Under the pieces are notes generated by a model. That model saw only the letters and a list, made by a program, of their open reading frames with translations, was not told the origin of the DNA and made no database searches. 64,000 nt of DNA from Nitrospira sp. (GTDB lineage: Bacteria; Nitrospirota; Nitrospiria; Nitrospirales; Nitrospiraceae). Positions 19,546 through 27,864 of the stretch are shown here, piece by piece (positions within the stretch are counted from its first letter, which is position 1; each line of letters opens with the position of its first letter). The stretch spans positions 1,312,001 to 1,376,000 of the forward strand of contig AP038806.1 in assembly GCA_047150005.1 (NCBI GenBank), written 5' to 3'. The position numbers and the translations under genes were made by a program.

Positions 19546-19581
19546 CGGACTCCCATGCCGTCAAGGCCCGTCTGATCCAGC

Positions 19582-20223
19582 CTAGAAACGCAGACCGATT
19601 CCGGCCACTGCATACTGGCAGCGATACTCCAAAGACAACATCTGCCAGTGATAGTTGGCCGACAGGTATTTGTATTCCCCGAAGAGGAAGATCCGCTTGG
19701 TCACGTCGCTCTGCAGGCCCCCCAAGAACTGATACCCGAATGCCGCCGAGCTCTCGAAGTCCTGATCCGAACGGCCGGGGACATTCGCGCCGCTGAGCAC
19801 GCCCTGCGACAGCCCTCCGCCGACCCCGATGTAGGGAATGACGGGCAGCCCGGGATATCGAAGGATGAGATTCGCCATCGAGTTGAACACCCACAGATTA
19901 GTACGCCCCACCGTCCCCGCGCCGGGCCCGGTCGTGAGCGGAACAGAGAGGTTGCTGCTGTTGCCCATCGACTCAAGTTCAATGCCGAGAAATCCCTTTC
20001 CAATGACCGGGAACACCGCCACCTTCAGACCTGCCCCCGCTCCGTTTCCCACACTGGTGCCGGCAGCAGGACCGGAAAGCACAAACGCATCGCGGTTGTA
20101 GGGCCAGCTCCCCATCGCATAGAGACTCAGGTAGACGTCCGTACGCGTCTCTGTTTCCGCCCGAACGGTGAATGGAAAGCCCAAAAGACTCAGGAGGCCG
20201 AACGCCCAGATGGACAGTGCCAT
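19582..20223 (-). CDS. Small outer-membrane beta-barrel protein
   Basis: Signal peptide, PYIGVGGG, FGEYKY, C-terminal GIGLRF. Confidence 0.8.
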   Translation of the reverse strand: MALSIWAFGLLSLLGFPFTVRAETETRTDVYLSLYAMGSWPYNRDAFVLSGPAAGTSVGNGAGAGLKVAVFPVIGKGFLGIELESMGNSSNLSVPLTTGPGAGTVGRTNLWVFNSMANLILRYPGLPVIPYIGVGGGLSQGVLSGANVPGRSDQDFESSAAFGYQFLGGLQSDVTKRIFLFGEYKYLSANYHWQMLSLEYRCQYAVAGIGLRF

Positions 20224-20280
20224 AACAGACGTCGGAGGCAGGCGGCCGCGAGACGGCTGTCTCGGCAGCTCAGAAATCAG

Positions 20281-20321
20281 AAAAAGGAAGGGGCCCTTAG
20301 GAGAACGCTCCCAAAGGCCCC
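20281..20321 (-). terminator. Rho-independent terminator after the TRL-like gene
   Basis: Minus strand GGGGCCTTTGGGAG-CGTT-CTCCTAAGGGCCCC followed by TTCCTTTTT. Confidence 0.75.
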
Positions 20322-20344
20322 GACATCCGAATCAACGGGTCAAA

Positions 20345-20674
20345 TCAGCTGCCCTTCACGATCGTGCAGTAGTCGGCCACGATTCCGAGGATGTTCTTGG
20401 CCGTGTGGTCGACGTGCGAGACTGTGGTGATTCCTCCGGCTGCCTTGGCGGCCGTCAAGCTGGCATCACCGGTCGCAACCCATCCGAGAATGGTCTGGGC
20501 GCAAGCCTTGCCTTCCTTCGTGGCTGCCGTGGCGGTGGTCGCCATGAAACCGTACTTGACTTCGGTGAAGATGATACCGGTCACCGGCGACGCAACCGGC
20601 ATACAACCGGCCAAGCTCAGACCGAATGCCGTGACGAATGCGGCGGACAAGAGTACATATGCCTTCTTCTTCAT
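20345..20674 (-). CDS. TRL-like family lipoprotein
   Basis: Start at MKKKAY (AGGAGG RBS); lipobox LAGC; 'KEGKACAQTILGWVATGDAS...GGIT.VSHVD...CTIVKG' pattern. Confidence 0.8.
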   Translation of the reverse strand: MKKKAYVLLSAAFVTAFGLSLAGCMPVASPVTGIIFTEVKYGFMATTATAATKEGKACAQTILGWVATGDASLTAAKAAGGITTVSHVDHTAKNILGIVADYCTIVKGS

Positions 20675-20834
20675 GGGTCCTCCTTTGAAAAGGAAAGTTG
20701 AGTAATGTGTGACGCCCCGAGGAAACCTCGTCATGGAAATCACCGAGCGCGAGTATATTCGGACTTGTCTCCAGTGTCAATTTTTTCAGACTCGAAACGG
20801 CCCGGTGTCCCGAGCTTCGTGCGGTCATGCCCTC

Positions 20835-22856
20835 TCAGAAAAATCCCTGAACCGAGAAGACCACGTCGTTGTCCTGATCGCGGTGACGATATTCCAGGCG
20901 CAATGCCACGTTCTGGGACAGCGTGACCCGTTGCCCGACGAACCACCGTATGTCATCGGACTTGTCGCCGAGCGGGTACTTGAAATAGCTTCCTGATGCC
21001 AGCATCTTCCATCGCTCGGTCAGATCTGCCAGAAACCCCGCCGTGCCGCCTCCTCCGGCCCGATACCGGTCCTCATACGCTACGCTGTAGTTGGCCTCGA
21101 CTTCCGCAAACGCAAAAAACACTTCTCGACGGAGCCACTTGGACTCCAGGGCCCCTCCGACCCCTCCACCGACCACACCGTTGCTGCAGAGTTGGCACCC
21201 GTTGAACTTGATCGTGTTCATCCCAAGGTCGAACTTCCACGAAGGCGAATGAAAGACCGAATCGATCGGCGACAGCGACACAATGTTCGCCAGCGTGACG
21301 CGCTCGATCCTCGCCTGATCAGCCCGGTTGTAATAGCGGGCGGTGACCGATGCCAGTTCGATCTGCGCATCCGGGGTATAGCCCGGCTCCGGATCGAGCA
21401 AGTCATGATAGCCGGCTCGCACGGCCAATTCCTCGAAGGTGTCGTTGTTGCGCCACCCGCCTCCAAGGGAGGCTCGTGAGGTCTTGTGCCCCAACTCAGG
21501 CTGCGTGGCGAAGGGCGTGACGGGGAACTCCGGCGACGGAATGTGCAACCGGCTCCGGGCCGCCAAGACCTCCCGGTTTCGTTCCTTCAGTTCGGGAAGA
21601 GCTTTGTCCGTCGTATCCATGCGATAGCGAAGATAGTCGGACGCAAGGTCGAAGAGGAACGCCTGTTGAGCGGCCGGGAGCCGTGCGAAGGCCGGATCGG
21701 TCATGGCGCTCGGATCGCCGGCGATCCGTTGCGCCAAGGCACGCTGGTTGGGCGAAAGCGACTCGCGTTTTCGCCTCACCACGTTGCTCCGCGAGGGCCG
21801 ATACGTCACGCTGGTGACCCGACCGGGATCGGCGGCGATCAGCCGCACGGTATCGGCCGGAACCGTCCAGAGGTAGAAGGAATCGGTCAGATGTAACGAC
21901 GGGTCGGCATACTCCAAGAGCCACAAGAGCTGGTAGGAACAGTTTTCCTTCAGAAAGAAGTAGTCGAAATAGGCATTGCCCATTTCCCACGCGTGCTCGA
22001 GCAGTCGACGGACCTGCCGCTCCGAGAAATTCAGGCGATATTCCCAGATGTCGCGATTTTCGATATCCCGGTACTCCCGCACCTTCAGATAATAGGGCGG
22101 CGTCAGGTAATAGCCCTTGAACCCTCCGAACAGACCTTTGATGGGATACATCCATCCGGCATCCCGTGGCACTTCGGCCGCATAGTTGATGGTATAGGCC
22201 AGAATTCTGGTTTGATCCGTCTGACCCCTCTGATCCACACGGAGAAAGGTATGGCCGAAGGACGAGGCGGGATTGTTGACGAACGCGGAGGCGAAAATGA
22301 GGGTGATGGATTGGGGGTTGAGTTCCGCGAGCCATTCATCGAAGCGTGTGCACGTTTCAGGAGGCAGGCGCGCGGCGTCGAAGGCCAGCTTCTCCTTCAA
22401 CCACTGATACCGGGCGATGAACGCACACTGCGCCGGCTGTTTCGACCGCCCCACGGCGTCCGCCGAGAAGAAGTGGCGCAAGGTCGCCTCCAACTCGGCT
22501 TCCGGATCGGTTTTCCCGGCATCGGAGAGGAAGAATCCCGGGTCGTCCTGCTCGCTGGCGAATCCACCGAAGAGTCTCGGCCTGTAATGCAGAAGGAGAT
22601 GCCATTCGCGTTCCTCGAAGAGTTTCGCCGAGCCCGCCTGTGCGACGAGCTCGTCGACATACGATGGATCCGATCGTTCCGTCGCACCGGCCGACCATGG
22701 CGACAGCGCGAGGAGAAGAGAGACGGTCAGAGTGCAGCGAGAGACTCGCGATGACAGGCGGGGCGCCCGCTCGGCAGCGGGTGTCCCGCAACACCGAGCG
22801 ATGTCGTTACTTGGACGCGACGGTGGTCGATGCCGGATACGATGCCGCGGCGTCAT
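20835..22856 (-). CDS. DUF4105 (Lnb-type periplasmic domain) protein with a C-terminal beta-barrel-like region
   Basis: PASSFGHTFLR, ENRDIWEY.LN, DYFFLKENCSY; ends in FF. True start probably downstream of 22856. Confidence 0.8.
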   Translation of the reverse strand: MTPRHRIRHRPPSRPSNDIARCCGTPAAERAPRLSSRVSRCTLTVSLLLALSPWSAGATERSDPSYVDELVAQAGSAKLFEEREWHLLLHYRPRLFGGFASEQDDPGFFLSDAGKTDPEAELEATLRHFFSADAVGRSKQPAQCAFIARYQWLKEKLAFDAARLPPETCTRFDEWLAELNPQSITLIFASAFVNNPASSFGHTFLRVDQRGQTDQTRILAYTINYAAEVPRDAGWMYPIKGLFGGFKGYYLTPPYYLKVREYRDIENRDIWEYRLNFSERQVRRLLEHAWEMGNAYFDYFFLKENCSYQLLWLLEYADPSLHLTDSFYLWTVPADTVRLIAADPGRVTSVTYRPSRSNVVRRKRESLSPNQRALAQRIAGDPSAMTDPAFARLPAAQQAFLFDLASDYLRYRMDTTDKALPELKERNREVLAARSRLHIPSPEFPVTPFATQPELGHKTSRASLGGGWRNNDTFEELAVRAGYHDLLDPEPGYTPDAQIELASVTARYYNRADQARIERVTLANIVSLSPIDSVFHSPSWKFDLGMNTIKFNGCQLCSNGVVGGGVGGALESKWLRREVFFAFAEVEANYSVAYEDRYRAGGGGTAGFLADLTERWKMLASGSYFKYPLGDKSDDIRWFVGQRVTLSQNVALRLEYRHRDQDNDVVFSVQGFF

Positions 22857-23123
22857 TCAGAGCTTTTACCATGGCGACGGGAGAGGCTTCACCAGCATTC
22901 ACCAGCGAGATATAGCGCTCCTGCGTCATGGCAAAGAATTCGGGCTGCTTGTCCTCGGACACGCCCATCAAAGTGACCCGGAAAGGTTCTCGAAATTCAG
23001 GCTGGCAAACATGTTGCCCTTGTGCCCGGCCCAGAACTTCCCGCTGTTTTTGCATCCCATGGTCTGGCTGGTGATTCCGAACGACTGGAAGGGGACGATC
23101 GTGTTGTTGGTCGATCGGCCCAT
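22807..23123 (-). pseudogene. Degraded DUF3015 paralogue (5' deletion plus frameshifting internal deletion)
   Basis: Fragment 23123..22968 reads MGRSTNNTIVPFQSFGITSQTMGCKNSGKFWAGHKGNMFASLNFENLS and then stops. A second frame, ~22976..22807, reads TLMGVSEDKQPEFFAMTQERY. Both align by eye to consecutive parts of the neighbouring 23176..23697 protein. Confidence 0.75.
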
Positions 23124-23175
23124 TCTCTCGGTCCGCAACGTGTACTCCGGAATCCCGGCGCGAAGCGGAAGCTGT

Positions 23176-23697
23176 TTACTGTCCGGCTGCGGACGCCGCC
23201 ATCAGCCGTTGCTGCGCCATGTCCCGACGCAGTACCCGAAGCGATTCCAGAAGAAGCGCCGGCTCCCCGTACGCCGGGGGAGGAGACTCGCGTTGGACCA
23301 AGGAGAAAAATGTCGCTTCCTCCTCTTGAGTCACCCCCAGCAAGGCGGCAAGCGACGCGAGGTGCTCACCTCCTCCACGGGCCATGTCGTCCATCACATT
23401 GGCATAGTTGATCTCGATGAAGAGACCGGCTTTCTGACTGTCCCAAATCGTTCCGTCATTGCTGCAGCCTGACGTACCGGAGGTGATCGCGAACGTGTAG
23501 CTCCCGGTGACATTCGTGGACGCCATAAACAACTGGGGCGCGATCTGCTTCTTGCCCTTCCAATCCTCCCACAACTGCCTTCCTAGCCCGCATCCAGGAC
23601 CGGTGTCGGGATTGGTGGCGGCGGAATGCGCCAAGGACGTCGGCCAGAAGCTGGTGCTCACGAGAAGTGCGATCATGCCTTTGAACAGAGGGTTCAC
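23176..23697 (-). CDS. DUF3015 family secreted protein
   Basis: Signal peptide; GPGCGLG, ITSGTSGC, DMARGGGEHLASLA. Confidence 0.85.
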   Translation of the reverse strand: MNPLFKGMIALLVSTSFWPTSLAHSAATNPDTGPGCGLGRQLWEDWKGKKQIAPQLFMASTNVTGSYTFAITSGTSGCSNDGTIWDSQKAGLFIEINYANVMDDMARGGGEHLASLAALLGVTQEEEATFFSLVQRESPPPAYGEPALLLESLRVLRRDMAQQRLMAASAAGQ

Positions 23698-24302
23698 CGC
23701 TTGCCTCCTTTTGCTTCTCCTTTACTGGATTGGGCGGAATGTCCGACCACGCGGTTGGACGACGGTCGAGTTCGATCGGACGACGCGCGCGCTCCGTCGG
23801 CGGGGCCTAAGCGCTCCGCCCGATCGGGCAACGGGATATGCGCGGCCTGTCGATCCTCGTTTCTGATCGAGAGCAGGCCGAGAGACCGTGGCAAATTAAA
23901 TCGTCTCGGCCCCGCCGAGCCTGGATTAAACAACAACAGACGGCCGATCCACTCGATGTGCGGCTTGTGCGTGTGTCCGAAGATACACACATCCGGCCGC
24001 GTGCGCTCCAGGAAGAGCTGTGCGTCCCGTCGTATCTTTCCGCTCTCATAGACGATGTGCCGCACGGCGATCCGATATCCGGCCAGCTCAATCACCGTTT
24101 CCGCAGGAAACCGTCCGGCTTGTCCACGGTCTACGTTGCCTGATACCGCGATCACCGGCGCAATCCGCTGCAGTTGCTCGATCACGGCGACGTCTCCGAT
24201 ATCGCCCGCATGAATGATGCGATCGACCCCCCGGAAATGCCTTCCAAGGGCCGGATCGAAGAGGCCATGGGTGTCGGCCACGATGCCCACTCGAACATCC
24301 AC
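23694..24302 (-). CDS. YfcE/MJ0936 family metallophosphoesterase
   Basis: ADTHG, HAGD, GNVD, GHTH, FNPGS. Confidence 0.9.
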   Translation of the reverse strand: MDVRVGIVADTHGLFDPALGRHFRGVDRIIHAGDIGDVAVIEQLQRIAPVIAVSGNVDRGQAGRFPAETVIELAGYRIAVRHIVYESGKIRRDAQLFLERTRPDVCIFGHTHKPHIEWIGRLLLFNPGSAGPRRFNLPRSLGLLSIRNEDRQAAHIPLPDRAERLGPADGARASSDRTRPSSNRVVGHSAQSSKGEAKGGKR

Positions 24303-24311
24303 GGTGGCTCC

Positions 24312-25433
24312 TTACCGAGAGCCGTCCAGTGAACCCTGCACGCGTGTCCAATCGAACGTAAAGGGTTCGACGACCCGCTTCGGCAGAGCTTTCGCCTCCG
24401 CCTTCAATCGCTCGACGCGTGCCGCGCTCATCGGATGCGTCGACAGCATTTCGATCGGCTCATGCTGTTGTTCAGCCATGCGCTCGAAGAACCGCACAAG
24501 ACCGTTGGAATCGATCCTAGCCCGGTGGAGCAGCCGCAGGCCGTCCACATCGGCTTCGGTCTCCTGGGCACGGCCGAACTTGAGCGTAAGCAGCTCCCCG
24601 CCGATCTGTTTCGTCAGGCCGATCAGACCCTGCTGGTCGCCCAGAAGAATCGACAACACGGTCATCAACCCGACCTGCTTCACGACCCGCTCCAATCCGT
24701 GACGGTGAAGGACATGATTGAGTTCATGGCTCAGGACACCGGCAACCTCCTCCCCGCTCTCCGCTTTCCGAAGGAGGCCCGTGAACACCACCACATAGCC
24801 GCCCGGCAACGCGAACGCATTGACGACGTCGCTTCTGACGACGGTCACCTCGAAGCGGTACGGATCGTCGGGGATCTGATCCGTCAAGCGACGGGTCATT
24901 TCCCGGACCGCGTCGACGGCCTGCCCCTCCTTGACCACCGTCTGGCGGGCGAGAAAATCGCGATAGGCCGTCTCACCAAGTTGCTGCTCCCACTCCACGG
25001 GGATACGACCGACCGCCGCGTTCACCGCGAGATCGGAGCCGAACCAAAGGACAAATCCCAGGGACAGGAGCAGCACGCCCACGGCAATCCAGGAGATTCG
25101 CCGCGTTCGTCGTTTCTGCCGGACCATGGAAGCCGCCGCGTCCAGTTCTCCGGTCACGATGTTCGGCGCCGTCTCCCGGAACGCTCGGATCAGCTCATGG
25201 TCCCTTAGATAAAGCGTTCGCCTTCCTTGTTCCTCGCCCCATCTCACGACGAGTTGATCATGGTCCAGCCCGCCGGCCGACACGGACAGGCTGCTAAAGG
25301 GAACGACGTCCCCATCCGGTCGTAACGGCTGACCGTCAAATCGAAGCGTGATGCCGGAAGGAACGATTTCCACATGGCAGGGCAACCCGGTAGCGGGAAA
25401 TTCGGCGCCGAAACAAAGAGCGTTGGCTTCCAT
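24312..25433 (-). CDS. M48 family metallopeptidase
   Basis: TM helix, NAFALPGG, HELNH zinc motif, ETEAD, STHP. Confidence 0.9.
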   Translation of the reverse strand: MEANALCFGAEFPATGLPCHVEIVPSGITLRFDGQPLRPDGDVVPFSSLSVSAGGLDHDQLVVRWGEEQGRRTLYLRDHELIRAFRETAPNIVTGELDAAASMVRQKRRTRRISWIAVGVLLLSLGFVLWFGSDLAVNAAVGRIPVEWEQQLGETAYRDFLARQTVVKEGQAVDAVREMTRRLTDQIPDDPYRFEVTVVRSDVVNAFALPGGYVVVFTGLLRKAESGEEVAGVLSHELNHVLHRHGLERVVKQVGLMTVLSILLGDQQGLIGLTKQIGGELLTLKFGRAQETEADVDGLRLLHRARIDSNGLVRFFERMAEQQHEPIEMLSTHPMSAARVERLKAEAKALPKRVVEPFTFDWTRVQGSLDGSR

Positions 25434-25472
25434 AGGGGTACGGAGGGATAGAGGATTCCCGCTACCCCTTCG

Positions 25473-26156
25473 TCATTCAGACACCGGGATAAACTGTCTG
25501 ATCCAATGGCCGAACCCTCCCGGGTTTCGGCTTTGGATATAGACGACGCCGGGGCCCTGGAATCGGCAGACGAATCCTTCTCCGGACGTGAAACTCGCGA
25601 CCCACCCGGCGGCTGCCCGTTCGACATGGTAGGACGTCGTCGCCGACCATGCGACCAGGTGGCTGTTGTCGACGATGTACTCCTGGTCGGGCTTGAGATC
25701 GATTCGGTGAATTGCTCCAAAGCTGTTCAGGATCAGCGTCCCCTTGCCGCTGAGCTTGAGGATAAAGAACCCCTCGCCGCCAAGCAGGCCACGGCTGAGA
25801 CTTTGCATCTGACTGTCGATCTTCACCGTTTCGGCACCTGCGAGAAACCCGTCTTTTTGCACCAGATACTCATTGAGGCCGTCGAGCTCTATCACGACGA
25901 TTTCACCCGGCACCGTGGGAGCCAGCAGGACTTCGCCCGGCCCTCGACTGGCTCGCAGCGTCTGGAAGAAGAACTTTTCGCCCGTCAGAAACTTGCGCGA
26001 GAGCGCCCCCAGAAATCCTCCCTCCATCTTGCTTTCGACGTCGATCGTGGGAGACGAGGCCACCATTGCCCCGGATTCGGCCTTAATGGTTTCGCCATCC
26101 GACAATTCGATACGGACCATCGGAAATGCCCCCGGATAGAGAATTTCGCTTTTCAT
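25473..26156 (-). CDS. TIGR00266/AIM24 family protein
   Basis: AESGAM, TGEKFF, GGEGFF, VDNSHLVAW, SGEGFVCRFQGPG.VYIQSR. Confidence 0.9.
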   Translation of the reverse strand: MKSEILYPGAFPMVRIELSDGETIKAESGAMVASSPTIDVESKMEGGFLGALSRKFLTGEKFFFQTLRASRGPGEVLLAPTVPGEIVVIELDGLNEYLVQKDGFLAGAETVKIDSQMQSLSRGLLGGEGFFILKLSGKGTLILNSFGAIHRIDLKPDQEYIVDNSHLVAWSATTSYHVERAAAGWVASFTSGEGFVCRFQGPGVVYIQSRNPGGFGHWIRQFIPVSE

Positions 26157-26237
26157 TCGTGTGCCTCTTTCTGTTTCCTGTAACCTTTGACGGAGGCGAA
26201 CGACCGGAAGGACGTCGCCGCGACCCCGCTCATTCCG

Positions 26238-27719
26238 CTATCCCGCAACCCAGCCGTACAGCCTGTGGCTGGGCTCGGGCCCTTCCTCAAGGTAACTCAT
26301 CCTCATCCGTCCCAGATAGTCGCGAGGGACCTCGCGCCGGGTCGCCGTCACGTCGACGCCGAACACCCGCGCGGCATTCAATCCGAAGATCTTGGCTTTC
26401 ACGTCGCGGGTCAGAGGCTGATACCGATGCCGTTCGACGAATTCGTCGGGAATCTGGAATCGCCGGAATGCTTCGATCTGCCACTGAGGCGATCCGTACC
26501 AGATTGAATCCGTTCCCCACAGAACATGCTCGACTCCAAATGCCTCGACGATTTGTCCGATAAGATGCGCGCACATCTCCGGCCGGGCCGTCACCAGCTG
26601 CGCAAACGTCGATCCGAGTTCCATGTAGATATTGGTCATCCCCGGCTCGCGTTTCTTCATTCTGCAAAATTCCGTCGTCCACGGGATCTCGCCCGATTGG
26701 GCGAAGACGTCGTCGATCCCGGCCACGGTCTTGAAACCGGAGTGGTAAACCAAGAAGGTGATGTCGGGAAAATCTTTAGCCGCCTTGATGAGATCTTTCG
26801 GATGATTGTAGTCCGGTACGGGACCGAGCGGCAGGCCTTTGTGGACACAGACCCGCTTGACGTTCAGCTTCCGCGCCTGCTCGAGCATCGGATATGACAC
26901 CGTCTCATCGTCCATCCACCATCCCCGGTCGAACCCTTTCGGACAGGATCCCGTGTAACACTTCCAGGCCTCGATGCCCAACGTTTCGGCCTGCATGGCC
27001 ATGAAATCGAGGTCGGCCGAGCCCAATTGCGGAGTGGCCAGTCCGTGGGCGAGCATCCGGCGCGATCCGGCCAGCTCGTTGATTTCGTCGCGGATATGCG
27101 CCATTTCCTTCGGAGGAACGACCGCGGCTTGGGGATAGGGACCAGGAGGCGTGCTGATCAACCCGATCGACGTCTCACTGTCCAGAAATATTTCCTTCAC
27201 AAAGTTCTGCCACGACAAGTCATCCATCGTTCCTCGATCTCCGGCCAGGGCGGGATTGACGCCGGTTTCCCGGATTCGCCGCCTGAGGGCGATCAATGCC
27301 TGTTTGGACACCGCGCCCTTCCTTCGGCTCTCCGCGTCAGTCGGATCGTAATCCGTGCTCACGTAGTGCGTCTGCACGTCGAAGATGAAGTACGGATCGC
27401 CCTGCTGCTCGGCAAAGGCCGACGGCTCAAACAACTCCACCTCCCCGATGCCGAAGAAACGGCCGAAGATTCCGTTCATCGCCAGCAAGGCGGCGGCGAT
27501 GCCGCCCGTGCCGCGGAGGAACTCCCGCCTCGATATGCCGAGGCGCCCGGCCGCCCGGTCGGCCAGATGCGCGACCCGATATTCGACGCGACCTTGTTGG
27601 AGGGTCTGGGGAACGGGGATGAATTCCCCATTGGAAACGTTGCGTGTGGGGATCGGTGTGACGGACAGCGATCCCCTGGTGAACGAACCGGATCCGCCGG
27701 TGCGCTGAGGCGGCATCAT
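26238..27719 (-). CDS. Amidohydrolase_2 family protein
   Basis: Start moved to ATG 27719 (GAGG RBS); DVQTH, CVHKG, YHSG, WGTDSIW, KIFGLNAAR. Confidence 0.85.
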   Translation of the reverse strand: MMPPQRTGGSGSFTRGSLSVTPIPTRNVSNGEFIPVPQTLQQGRVEYRVAHLADRAAGRLGISRREFLRGTGGIAAALLAMNGIFGRFFGIGEVELFEPSAFAEQQGDPYFIFDVQTHYVSTDYDPTDAESRRKGAVSKQALIALRRRIRETGVNPALAGDRGTMDDLSWQNFVKEIFLDSETSIGLISTPPGPYPQAAVVPPKEMAHIRDEINELAGSRRMLAHGLATPQLGSADLDFMAMQAETLGIEAWKCYTGSCPKGFDRGWWMDDETVSYPMLEQARKLNVKRVCVHKGLPLGPVPDYNHPKDLIKAAKDFPDITFLVYHSGFKTVAGIDDVFAQSGEIPWTTEFCRMKKREPGMTNIYMELGSTFAQLVTARPEMCAHLIGQIVEAFGVEHVLWGTDSIWYGSPQWQIEAFRRFQIPDEFVERHRYQPLTRDVKAKIFGLNAARVFGVDVTATRREVPRDYLGRMRMSYLEEGPEPSHRLYGWVAG

Positions 27720-27864
27720 GTTCCTCGTAAGCCGGGTGACTGTCAGATTCTGTGGAATACCGAGCGGGGTGTCAAGCAGAGCGGAGCCGGAGGGGCGTAC
27801 TGCGACAGATTGCCGCGGGGCCGAGCGATCGTCTCGCGAGCGGTCCCAAGGAGAGGGGGTGGTA

